DNA of 64,000 bases, taken from the NCBI GenBank assembly GCA_963777505.1, contig CAVZQN010000003.1, forward strand, positions 320,001 through 384,000, given 5' to 3'. The first letter of the stretch is position 1; each line of letters opens with the position of its first letter. The stretch is from an uncultured bacterium. Its GTDB lineage: Bacteria; Acidobacteriota; HRBIN11; JAKEFK01. The notes below the pieces were generated by a model. That model did not search any database and was not told where the DNA came from. It was given only the letters and a program-made list of their open reading frames with translations. A program made the position numbers and the translations under genes. This document shows, piece by piece, positions 50,923-60,590 of this stretch.

Positions 50923-53838
50923 TTAGAAGCTGTAACGCAAACCAACGCGCAGTGCGCGCGGTGAAATTAATTCGTCGATACGGTTCAAGTTCTGTGAAGT
51001 AACTGTCCGTGTGCGTCGAATAATTGTGTTGGTGTTCGTTACGTTAAATAAATTGGCCGAAAGAGCTAAACGCCCGTAGTTACCAAATTCGAATCCTTTT
51101 TCAAACTGTAAATCCAGAGTGAAAATATTTTCGAAACGGCGGCTGCCGAACGGTTCGACAAGAATCAAATGAGTTTGGGTGCCAAGCGAAGGCAAAGTTG
51201 GATCGCCAATAGGTGCCATCAGCACGAATGGATAACCTTGCTGGTACCGTCCGAAAGCGCCCGCTGTAATATCCCAGCCGAACTGATACACACCACTCAA
51301 TTTAAATTGCCATTCTGAATATGGATATACGCCCGATTTACCGCTGCCACCTGGAGCAAACGCATAAGCTTGATCATTCAGGAAAGGCAAATTTGTTGGA
51401 TCAAACGGGAAGACCTGGCCATTCAATCCGCCATCTCCGATGTAGAAGGCGAGGGAATCGCCGCCATCGTAATTCGCTTTTTGTCGTTGCAGAGTAACTC
51501 CACCATTGAGCATGAAGTTATTGCTCATGCGTTTGCGAACTGCGATGTCAACTCCATCATATTTTGTCTTGTAGTCGTTTGCGTTTGTCAGGAGAAGATC
51601 CCCATTGTCAACGCCGCCATAAACAAAATATGGAACGTTAAATGATCCGAGAGTTGTATCGGCCGTAAAAACTCCTCCTGGTACAAAATCAGCAGCTGAT
51701 ACTCCATTCGAAACGATAGTCGTTGCATCACGATAGTCACGATGTGTGTATGTCGCGCTTACCGAAATATCCTGCGCGAGCTGTCGTTCGAATCCCACCA
51801 AGTATTCCCAGGAACTGGAATTCTTAAAATCTGAGTCGATTACGTTGTTATCTACAAACGATTGGAGGTCAAAGATCGGTCCGTTTAAACCACCGAAATA
51901 CCTGGGTGCGCTAGTAATTTCATCAGGAGTAATGACACGATCACCATTTAGGTTTACGAAATCCATAATCGCGCCGTTATACACATAGGTCGGATTTTGA
52001 AGTTGCACAAAAGCCGGATTAAATCCATCGTAATAACGTGCGAAATTTCCGCGAACAATTGTCTTTCCATCGCCAGACATATCATAGGTCGCACCGATGC
52101 GTGGAGAGAAATCGTTGAAGGAGATTCCTGGATCTCCACCTGGATATTCCAGAGGGCCGACTATGTTTTCAAATCCTGGTACTCCAGGAATTGATGATGC
52201 TATGTTCGATCCTGTTTGGTTATCAAAGCGGAAACCAAGATTTAAGGTCAAACGGTCTTTACGGAAAGTATCCGTAACATAGAAACTTGTGTGATTCAGA
52301 TCCACACGTCCATCAATTGCGTGTTGAGCTTTCACATACCCAGAAGTTAGAGGACCACGCGGAGAAGTCTGGTTGTAATCAACGATCAATACACCATTAC
52401 CGTAAGAGCTAAAAGTGTGAAGTTCGGACGTTTTGTATTCGAATCCAAACCTGAATTCATGATCACCACCCATAACATTTTCTGAGAAGTAGTTTGCGTC
52501 TACAACAAAGTCATGTGATGGACGATCGATCGGCGCAACATAAAACAGGGTGTCTTCATAACGTGGAATGGACGCTAAATACACCATCGGGATGTCCTTT
52601 CCGCCAACCGGCTTCAAAGTAAATCCGAGACCGATATACCCATAACGTCCGGTTACGATCGTATGATCGTTGGGAATCCATGTATGCTGACCGGTCCAAA
52701 TTCCTGGTGTAATGGTATCTGTCCCAGCCTGATCCCATAATGTTTCAGGAGCTTGCAAGGAGATTGCAATTCCTGCGCGACCGGTCTTTGATTTTTCACC
52801 CTGGAAGTAACCAAATTGCGATTCATGCGCAGTTCCCCAGTTCGCATTCGCTTTGAAGTTGAAATCTTCAAGTTCGGTGAAATCAAATGTATTTGCAGTA
52901 GTAATCAATCCGATTTCGTTTTTGCGATACGCGCCCCAGACAAATAATTTGTCTTTGATGATTGGACCACCGATATCGAAACCATAGTCTTTTACCTCAT
53001 CGAGGCGATTCGACCTGGCGCCGATTGCAGCGAGTTCATCAGGAGTGTTGTCACCCTGCAGGCTATCGCCAGCGTAAAAATAGGAGGCGGCGCCTTCCCA
53101 TTTATTGCTTCCGCGCTTGGTGACAATATTGACAATTACACCGCCTGTCGGTGCTGATGCATCATTACCGCCTGTAGAGATTTGCAATTCCTCAAATGCA
53201 TCGAAATCGAAATAGGTTGGCGATGCTCCTAATGCGCCTGGATCGGTTGCATTAACACCGTCATAGTTCCATACGGTGTTGTCGTCGTTTCCACCACGCG
53301 CAATAAAAGATGCTTGCTGACCCGATTCGGAACCTGCTACGTTGTAACGATCCGAATCGACTCCTGTGGTTTGATCGATGATCGTCCACGGATCACGTGC
53401 ACTTGGTACATCTTCCAGATAATCACGATTAAATGATTCTGACGTTCCTGTCTTTTTTGTGTCCACTACCGGTGTTTCACCGATAACTGTGAACTCTTCA
53501 GCCAGCGAAGGTCTCATCGTGATTTCGAGTTGTACCTGACTGCCGGTACTAACTCGAACTTCTTCCTGGCGTACTTCTGTGAAACCTTCAATTGCAAAAT
53601 TCACAGAATAAATTCCAGGAGGTAAGTTAGCGAAACGGAAACTGCCGGAAGCTCCAGACGTCGCGCTTTGCGGTGGCAGTGACGTCGATTCCAGCGTGAT
53701 GCTTACACCAGGTAATGGGCCGCCTTTATCATCAATCGTCTTTCCATAGATTGACCCTGTTTTCATCGACACTTGCGCGAAAACAGGGATTGTAAAGGCG
53801 AGGACCAGAACGAGAGCAAGCAGAAGCTTATTTCTCAT
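50923..53838 (-). CDS. TonB-dependent receptor-like (Oar-type) protein with a carboxypeptidase-regulatory-like domain
   Basis: G.PLPGVSITL, FRFANLPPG.Y, NIVTKRG.N and FSPRIG motifs; C-terminal PRALRVGLRYSF; SD GGAGGA. Confidence 0.92.
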   Translation of the reverse strand: MRNKLLLALVLVLAFTIPVFAQVSMKTGSIYGKTIDDKGGPLPGVSITLESTSLPPQSATSGASGSFRFANLPPGIYSVNFAIEGFTEVRQEEVRVSTGSQVQLEITMRPSLAEEFTVIGETPVVDTKKTGTSESFNRDYLEDVPSARDPWTIIDQTTGVDSDRYNVAGSESGQQASFIARGGNDDNTVWNYDGVNATDPGALGASPTYFDFDAFEELQISTGGNDASAPTGGVIVNIVTKRGSNKWEGAASYFYAGDSLQGDNTPDELAAIGARSNRLDEVKDYGFDIGGPIIKDKLFVWGAYRKNEIGLITTANTFDFTELEDFNFKANANWGTAHESQFGYFQGEKSKTGRAGIAISLQAPETLWDQAGTDTITPGIWTGQHTWIPNDHTIVTGRYGYIGLGFTLKPVGGKDIPMVYLASIPRYEDTLFYVAPIDRPSHDFVVDANYFSENVMGGDHEFRFGFEYKTSELHTFSSYGNGVLIVDYNQTSPRGPLTSGYVKAQHAIDGRVDLNHTSFYVTDTFRKDRLTLNLGFRFDNQTGSNIASSIPGVPGFENIVGPLEYPGGDPGISFNDFSPRIGATYDMSGDGKTIVRGNFARYYDGFNPAFVQLQNPTYVYNGAIMDFVNLNGDRVITPDEITSAPRYFGGLNGPIFDLQSFVDNNVIDSDFKNSSSWEYLVGFERQLAQDISVSATYTHRDYRDATTIVSNGVSAADFVPGGVFTADTTLGSFNVPYFVYGGVDNGDLLLTNANDYKTKYDGVDIAVRKRMSNNFMLNGGVTLQRQKANYDGGDSLAFYIGDGGLNGQVFPFDPTNLPFLNDQAYAFAPGGSGKSGVYPYSEWQFKLSGVYQFGWDITAGAFGRYQQGYPFVLMAPIGDPTLPSLGTQTHLILVEPFGSRRFENIFTLDLQFEKGFEFGNYGRLALSANLFNVTNTNTIIRRTRTVTSQNLNRIDELISPRALRVGLRYSF

Positions 53839-53957
53839 GGCTCCTCCATAAAAGGATTATTGGTTAAATACAGTTCAAATTTTTCCGGGTTTAGCTGATT
53901 CACCTTGTGACGGTTGGGCTGAATCATCCGGAATTCGGAACAAACGTTACCGTTTGG

Positions 53958-54003
53958 AGCAAGAGATATGCCACTGAGGACAATTAGATTTAAGTCGTTT
54001 ATT
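53958..54003 (-). promoter_or_regulatory. Sigma-54 promoter with an upstream IHF-like site
   Basis: Minus strand TGGCATATCTCTTGCT at 53973-53958, about 120 bp before the ATG. AATAAACGACTTA at 54003-53991 matches WATCAANNNNTTR with one mismatch. Confidence 0.75.
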
Positions 54004-54187
54004 TCGTGGTAGTTACTGGTATTCGGTTTCGTTTAGCAGAATGGCTGCACGAAATTTTCGTATAGGTGAATTTGGGGCATTGAAGTGCAAAAACGGAGAT
54101 TCATTGCTGATACGTACGTATTAGTGCCATAAACATACAGTTTCATCACAGGTACGAAAATTTGAAGTGAGGAATGAAATCGACGAA

Positions 54188-56524
54188 TTACGGGATCGAA
54201 ATACGGTAAATTGGGTGGATTCCGAGAAGCGGATCACGAATTCGAATTTGTCTGTTAAACCAACCTCCATTTTGAGGCGTAAACGGGATATCCAGACGCG
54301 TAAAAATCCAGAAACTTAATTCATAATCGCCGGCCAATTCGTTTGTCGTTAATGGTATTTCAATCGGGATCTCGTGTCCTGCTTCTACAACAAATTCCTG
54401 CATATCACTTCCGATTTGATATGACTTCCAGGGCTGAGATTCGCCAACATCGCTCAAGAATGCTTCAACGTGACCGGTAACTTTCCGTTTGCTGCGGTTG
54501 ATGAGCTCGCATTTCACTTTCAAAGGAGCTTCCTTGTCGAACAAAACAAAGGGTTGAAATTGTTCAGCACGCGTTATTTCTCTTTCCATTCTGACACTAA
54601 GAATTTCTAGAGGCGGACGAATTTCCGCTACCTGAACTCCATCAGGAATTCCTTTCCATTCAAACTGAACATGTTGATTTGGTGTGATATCTGTCTGTGC
54701 GCGGCTGAACAAAGAAAATCTTGAATCTAACCGCACAGGTAAAATTGCAAATGGAAAATATTCAGAATTTTTTTCCGCGGCAGATAAAGCGCTCATGCTG
54801 GATTTTTCCAGAATTGTTTCATTTAATTTCAAGTTTCGTACCTGTACATAAAACGAAGCATTCCTTTTTTCCGGAATTTTTAACGAATAGTATCCCGGCG
54901 GAAGCGACAGAGCACTGCCTGATTTCGTGAGGCGATATTCATCGTTTTGATCTTCTTTGATGACTGCCTGTTTAAATCCCGGTCTCACATGTAAACGATT
55001 CGTAGAAAAAACTTTGATTCTGTAATCAGGAATGAGTGTAGGGTGGGTGACTAAATCTAAAATGAGAGCTCCTTCTGCCGGAGCCTGCTGAAAGAATGTC
55101 TCGAAATAGTCTTTGAATTTTTTAGCTTGCGGACCTTCAGTGTAATAACGCATGTATTGTCCGCTTGAAACAACAACATAATCAAATCCCTCTTTAACAA
55201 ACCATTGAAAATCTTTCTTGCCGACATAATCTCGCGGCGCAAAACTTTCAATTTCAAAATAAGAAGGATCAAGTTCTATTTGATGAAATTGAAGTAGAGC
55301 GACTTTTGATCCTTGCGGAAGATGATTCACCATCCACAATTCTGCCTTGCTCCGGTTGTCTTCTTTTGAGTATAAGTAAGCCCTTGTTAGTGCCCGCTGA
55401 TATGGGAAAAATAAAGCTGCAAAGATTGCGAGTGCATATCCAATCGTTACGATCTGTGATCTTCGCGTTTGCCAGCCAGCATTCCAAATTAGATCGAATA
55501 AGATTCCAGACCACAATCCTATAAAGGGATGTAAAGGAAGTAATTCATGAACGCGCCGAACATCATATGAACAAAGCCAAACAAAGATGAAGATTGGATA
55601 GACTGAAAGCAGCAAGCCTTTAGATCTAAAACGCCACAATGTAAATACAAAACCTGCAATACCCGAAATCGTGAGCGGCAGATGATAGTTGTATCGCGTT
55701 AAGTATTCTGCGTAGAAGTAAGCAACATTTTTTCCGTAATAATCCTCTGCCGGAGAATAGAAGGCATCCATTTTACGAACCCAGTGAAATAGACTTGAAG
55801 GGTCACTGATGAGGGAAATATTCGTTGCAAAAAAGATGAGAAAAAAACCGGCAGGAGCAGCTAGGAAAGCCGAGATGGGCAAAGCTTTCCGGTTTAACCA
55901 GAGCGCGAATCCTAACGTAAATAAAAATGGTAGTCCAATGTTGTACTTAATTGAAAATGCAGCTCCCGCCAGCAATCCGGCAATAAGAGCTCTCCGTGCT
56001 GTTGGCGTTTTGCTTAGAGAAAATGCTGCACAATGTGCAGCAACAACAAAGAACAGGGCAGGGACTTCAGGCCGGAGCATATGACTGAATTCAATATGTT
56101 GAGGCACTGTAGCAAGAATTGCCATTCCGATGAGCGCAGCTACTTTCCCAAAATGAAGTCCGAGTTTGTAGATGAGTACAACTGTGCCCGTTCCCAGCAT
56201 CGCGCACATAAAGCGTCCAATAAAAATGAAAGAGGATTGTGGGATTGAGGTAACTTCATTGAAATATCCGGTCCAAACTCCAATCCAATAAAAAGCGTAC
56301 AGAAAAGGCAAATGAATGTAATAAGAAAGGCCTGGATAAATAAATTGTTGCGGAATTAAGTTCCCTGTGTACAACATACGTTGAAGGACAAGAAGAGTAT
56401 CGTTTTCGCCGTAAAGTGTGTGCAGGGGAAGTCCGGATGAAAGTCCTTTCAAACGTACCACTGCAGCAAAAGTCAGGATGATCCAAAATGCAAATCGGTG
56501 AAGGTCGGGCCGTTCACTGTTCAT
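54188..56524 (-). CDS. GT-C (ArnT/PMT-like) membrane glycosyltransferase with a C-terminal periplasmic domain
   Basis: Multiple TMs; YGEND loop, GRFMCAMLG, SHMLRPE and FSIKYN motifs. Confidence 0.8.
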   Translation of the reverse strand: MNSERPDLHRFAFWIILTFAAVVRLKGLSSGLPLHTLYGENDTLLVLQRMLYTGNLIPQQFIYPGLSYYIHLPFLYAFYWIGVWTGYFNEVTSIPQSSFIFIGRFMCAMLGTGTVVLIYKLGLHFGKVAALIGMAILATVPQHIEFSHMLRPEVPALFFVVAAHCAAFSLSKTPTARRALIAGLLAGAAFSIKYNIGLPFLFTLGFALWLNRKALPISAFLAAPAGFFLIFFATNISLISDPSSLFHWVRKMDAFYSPAEDYYGKNVAYFYAEYLTRYNYHLPLTISGIAGFVFTLWRFRSKGLLLSVYPIFIFVWLCSYDVRRVHELLPLHPFIGLWSGILFDLIWNAGWQTRRSQIVTIGYALAIFAALFFPYQRALTRAYLYSKEDNRSKAELWMVNHLPQGSKVALLQFHQIELDPSYFEIESFAPRDYVGKKDFQWFVKEGFDYVVVSSGQYMRYYTEGPQAKKFKDYFETFFQQAPAEGALILDLVTHPTLIPDYRIKVFSTNRLHVRPGFKQAVIKEDQNDEYRLTKSGSALSLPPGYYSLKIPEKRNASFYVQVRNLKLNETILEKSSMSALSAAEKNSEYFPFAILPVRLDSRFSLFSRAQTDITPNQHVQFEWKGIPDGVQVAEIRPPLEILSVRMEREITRAEQFQPFVLFDKEAPLKVKCELINRSKRKVTGHVEAFLSDVGESQPWKSYQIGSDMQEFVVEAGHEIPIEIPLTTNELAGDYELSFWIFTRLDIPFTPQNGGWFNRQIRIRDPLLGIHPIYRISIP

Positions 56525-58179
56525 CAGGAAATACTCTTTGCATCTTTGTGGTTAGATTCTACCGCAGGCAGATGAACCTCGAATCGTGTCCCTTTCCCAG
56601 GGTGAGAATTGACGCGGATGCTGCCTTGATGTTCGGTGATGATTCTCTGGACAATTGCGAGCCCCAGGCCAGTGCCTGTAGGTTTTGTCGTGAAATACGG
56701 AGTAAAAATATGGCGTTGAACCTGTGCATCCATTCCAGGTCCATTGTCTTCGATACTTAGAATTGCTTCTAGTGGTTCATTTGTTCCAAGCGAAGTACTC
56801 ACTCGAACACTCCCTTCACTGCCGGCAGCTTCCACTGCATTTCGAACGAGATTGTGGATGACTTGCGAAATCTGTTCGTGATCAAATTCTATAGAAGGCA
56901 AATTTCCAGCATTAAATTGAACAGTTGCGGAACCATTCGCCTGATACAGCAACAAACACTTTTGTATAACCGCATTGAGATCGCCTGATTTTCTTGATGG
57001 AGATGGAAGTCTGGCAAATCCGGAAAATTCATCTGCAAGATGCCGGAGTTTTTCGACTTCTTCCAAGATGCTCTCACTTGATTCTTGAAAGACTTCATTA
57101 AACCGCGAAGGGACTTTTTCAAGACAAACCCGTAGATTCATGATGGACGTCTTGATCGGGGTTAATGGATTTTTGATTTCGTGTGCAAGATGGCGCGCAA
57201 TTTCCTGCCATGCAGCAACTCGCTCAGCTTGCAACAACAAACGTTGCTTTTCTTGCAGCTCGCTGGTCATTCTGTTAAATGCGCGAATTAAGTCTTGAAC
57301 TTCTTCACCGCCACGTTCCTCGAGTTGCATTTGCGAAGCACCTGAACCCATTCGATTCGCTGCTTCTGTCAGTTCCGCAAGCGGCGCGGTGATCCAGCGA
57401 GAAAGAAGGTGGCCGGCAGCCACGGATATCAAAAGAAATAGTACTATGAATATAGTACTATAAAAAATCAAATCCCGTTTCTCCTTTTCCATTGTCCCTG
57501 CGGATGTGGCTACAGAGACCCATGCAATGGGAACGCCATTGAAGTCTTTGACGTCGATGACCTCAGCGAGCATTTTTGGAGCCGTATTGTTCACCGGAGG
57601 ACGCGACTTGAGTACTGCGATTTTTGTTCCCGGATATGGAATCCGCGTTATTTCGTCCGCAAGAAAGTAGCCGCCTTGCAGGAATACTTTTCGGTTTCCA
57701 AACTGTGCTGCGCGTCGAAATTGCAGAGTCAATTCTGGAATCGCAACAACAACCGGTTCACCTTCTTTAATTGCCGGTTGTGAAAGAGGCTTTCCGAATA
57801 AAGCAGGCTGGCGGCTATCGCTTAAAATGATTCCTTCAGGCGAAACAATCATTAAGAAACCTAACGGAGTTCTTCGCTTAATCCGTTCTGCAAATGCGAT
57901 AACTTCTCGGTTGAATTGAGGCGGCTGCGACAGCATGGCTGCAAGAACAGGTTCCTGTTCAATAAACAAACCGGCGGCCAACTGATCCATTTCAAGCTTT
58001 AAACTGCGGCGCAATGATTCCAATCGGAAATTCAACAACTCTATACTTTGCTGCAACCGCTCTTTCGCTTGCCTTTCATAACTCGCGCTGATTCTGTCGT
58101 AGAGAAAAATAGCTGTGCCGGCTATGAATATGGAAACAGTGATAGCAAGCAGCAGAGTAATTTTTACGGGTAGTCTCAT
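56524..58179 (-). CDS. HAMP-domain sensor histidine kinase (NtrY-like)
   Basis: Two TMs and HAMP; AWQEIARHLAHEIKNPLTPI, NLVRNAVEA, DNGPG and GTGLGL motifs. Confidence 0.93.
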   Translation of the reverse strand: MRLPVKITLLLAITVSIFIAGTAIFLYDRISASYERQAKERLQQSIELLNFRLESLRRSLKLEMDQLAAGLFIEQEPVLAAMLSQPPQFNREVIAFAERIKRRTPLGFLMIVSPEGIILSDSRQPALFGKPLSQPAIKEGEPVVVAIPELTLQFRRAAQFGNRKVFLQGGYFLADEITRIPYPGTKIAVLKSRPPVNNTAPKMLAEVIDVKDFNGVPIAWVSVATSAGTMEKEKRDLIFYSTIFIVLFLLISVAAGHLLSRWITAPLAELTEAANRMGSGASQMQLEERGGEEVQDLIRAFNRMTSELQEKQRLLLQAERVAAWQEIARHLAHEIKNPLTPIKTSIMNLRVCLEKVPSRFNEVFQESSESILEEVEKLRHLADEFSGFARLPSPSRKSGDLNAVIQKCLLLYQANGSATVQFNAGNLPSIEFDHEQISQVIHNLVRNAVEAAGSEGSVRVSTSLGTNEPLEAILSIEDNGPGMDAQVQRHIFTPYFTTKPTGTGLGLAIVQRIITEHQGSIRVNSHPGKGTRFEVHLPAVESNHKDAKSIS

Positions 58180-59363
58180 TTTTGTTCAGGTATGATCCAG
58201 GTGTCAGCCAAATCCAGAGAATCTCCATTCACTCCCAAATTGACTACATTTTTGCGAGCAGCAATTCGTGTTGTATGGATCAATACAGGTACAAGTTTTC
58301 CTGAAGCTTCCATTTCATCCCAAATTTCAAACCAGGGTCGCGAGCCACGTGGATGAAATTTTGTACGAAGCAAGTTGTATCGAAATAAATCCTGATCTTT
58401 TTCTGAAACTTTCTGAGCAGCGATCTCAATTTTAGGATTTCCGGAAGCGCCTGATGCTGCAGCAGTGAATCCCAGTTCCTGCCATTCCAAAACCAGGCGC
58501 TCCCCAAGAAGGCGGTATGGATCTTCGTCCGGCACCTTAAACTCCACAGCTTTTTGGGCACCGGAATGATTTGAAGATTGCTGAGCCATCATGACTTCCG
58601 CGTGGTCATTCAAAACAGCTTTTGCGATTTCTCCAACGCTGGTTTCTAGAGTGAGTCTTGCAATTTCTTCAGGCTGTAATCCTGAAGTGATGAGATAAAC
58701 AAAATACGAAGGCCCCTGAACGACATTCAATTCCGAGTCGGAATTAATTTGCTGAAATCTTTCTTCAGGCACAGGCAGCACATCCACATCATTAAGTTTG
58801 AACGATAAGTATGGATTGGCAGGATCCACAGGTGTGGGCGTAATTGAATCCAGAAAAGGTCTCCCTGAAATGCAGTTTGCATTTGCCTCAAATCCAAATT
58901 GAGTTTTTCGATAAGCTTGAAAGGGTTCAATATCTGAAGGAGGCAAACATGGAGAAGTGAGAATTGCCTGAAGATACTCTGCTTCCTCGCTCTGGATTAT
59001 TAAGATTCCAGATTCCATTTGGAATTGATTGGGATGGCGATGATCGAAAAACGGGTAGTCTAAAATCCAGTGGCAGGAATTTTCGTGATCCTGAATGGAA
59101 GCAACAGACTTTTCAATATCAATAAGCCATTCTGGATTCAAGCCAGAAAAGTCCAAGCGGACTTCTTTATCGCGAATTTCGGTTGGAACAGGAATCAACG
59201 CTTTGATTTCTTCACCGTTAACGTTAAAAATCGCTCGCCTGTTTATTGTCTCGATGAGTGTATCTGCGATACGAAGATTTCCACCGAAATGTGGCTTTCG
59301 CAGTGAATAAACAGGAGAGGCTAAAAGCAGAATAAGAAGAATCAGCAGGAAGCGTTTCATCAA
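58176..59363 (-). CDS. Divergent family-5-like extracellular solute-binding protein
   Basis: Signal peptide; KPHFGGNLRIA and ANANCISGRPFLDSI resemble SBP_bac_5 segments. Confidence 0.6.
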   Translation of the reverse strand: MMKRFLLILLILLLASPVYSLRKPHFGGNLRIADTLIETINRRAIFNVNGEEIKALIPVPTEIRDKEVRLDFSGLNPEWLIDIEKSVASIQDHENSCHWILDYPFFDHRHPNQFQMESGILIIQSEEAEYLQAILTSPCLPPSDIEPFQAYRKTQFGFEANANCISGRPFLDSITPTPVDPANPYLSFKLNDVDVLPVPEERFQQINSDSELNVVQGPSYFVYLITSGLQPEEIARLTLETSVGEIAKAVLNDHAEVMMAQQSSNHSGAQKAVEFKVPDEDPYRLLGERLVLEWQELGFTAAASGASGNPKIEIAAQKVSEKDQDLFRYNLLRTKFHPRGSRPWFEIWDEMEASGKLVPVLIHTTRIAARKNVVNLGVNGDSLDLADTWIIPEQK

Positions 59364-60532
59364 AATAATTCCAGAACGTCGATGTAAATTTGATCCTTGG
59401 TTCGAATTGTAACCAGAAGTTCTGAAGTACCATCTTGATTAAGATCCGTTAGGGCAAGATCCAGAATCTCTCCAGCAACCTCCTTTCTGGAAGCCAGGGT
59501 AAGAGACGAGTTTTGGTGGACGAACTTCAATACTGAATCAGGTTGATCGGGCAGCGACGCAGAAGATGTGTAAATCGCAGGCCAGTTCACTGCAAGTGAA
59601 CATCCAACAATTTCATTCGCTGTAGTTAATGTGCCTGCACCGATGCTGAGCGTTTGATTGTCTTGAACAACAGCCATTCCTTTGGGGATTAAGAGTTCGA
59701 AGTCATAAAATCGTCCGTTCATCAGCATGAAAGTATTCAAGCCTGGTGCAGGTTTCGGAATATATGTTGCGTGTTCCGTGGGAGATGATTGATCGAAGTT
59801 TGAATCATATTTCAATGGATAATTGAGGTTGTTACTAAGAATCAAAAACTCGCCGCTTAATGCAAGTATTTTTCCGGAGGGTGCTCTCGAACGAACATTT
59901 AAGAAATGTTCGGCTGCGATCGAGACTTTTTTCTTGTTGCCGGTTTTCCAATCAATCCTCTCCACTGCGTCATCATATAGGACAATAATTTCGCAAGACT
60001 CCTGATTTTCAGGGCAGACTTGATTTACATCCAGCGGTGCTGATTGTAAGAACGCAACAGGTGTTGGAATTGCGACTTCTTTATGATGATGCATCGATGA
60101 ATGATCAGTTTCTTCAGGAACTTTTGGTGATTCTTTCGGAGGTTGAGTCCACAAAATTGCAGTCATACCTGTGAGCTGTCCTTGAGAGGGATCTGTTGTT
60201 TCCCATAAGAACTGTAACTGTCCATCTGCGTATAGAAGGACTCCGTTCACGGTCAGTGGGATGGAATCAGGAGTTTTGCTTTTCCAGATTTCATTTTCAA
60301 GGGCACCGCGGAAATAGTGTAAGGAAGAATCGGGTAAAGATGCTTGATTTTCTATTTTGCCAATTTTTGCTGCAGCATTTCCGATTCGGGAGTTGATCTG
60401 TCGGACGGCATCCCATGCCAGGCGCTGTAAAGGATCTTCGGGTTGCGACAGAGCTACTTTAATAGGCTCTGGCTTTTTCTGACACGAGAGGCATGTCAGC
60501 ACAAGAATGGCGACCCAAATTGTTCGTTTCAT
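59360..60532 (-). CDS. Hypothetical lipoprotein
   Basis: Lipobox CLSC; His-rich linker; C-terminal DLNQDGTSELLV (FG-GAP/VCBS-like). Confidence 0.7.
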   Translation of the reverse strand: MKRTIWVAILVLTCLSCQKKPEPIKVALSQPEDPLQRLAWDAVRQINSRIGNAAAKIGKIENQASLPDSSLHYFRGALENEIWKSKTPDSIPLTVNGVLLYADGQLQFLWETTDPSQGQLTGMTAILWTQPPKESPKVPEETDHSSMHHHKEVAIPTPVAFLQSAPLDVNQVCPENQESCEIIVLYDDAVERIDWKTGNKKKVSIAAEHFLNVRSRAPSGKILALSGEFLILSNNLNYPLKYDSNFDQSSPTEHATYIPKPAPGLNTFMLMNGRFYDFELLIPKGMAVVQDNQTLSIGAGTLTTANEIVGCSLAVNWPAIYTSSASLPDQPDSVLKFVHQNSSLTLASRKEVAGEILDLALTDLNQDGTSELLVTIRTKDQIYIDVLELF

Positions 60533-60590
60533 AAAATAAGGAGGCCTTCAATTCGAGGTTGCAAAGTTCCTACCTTATATAATACAGCGT

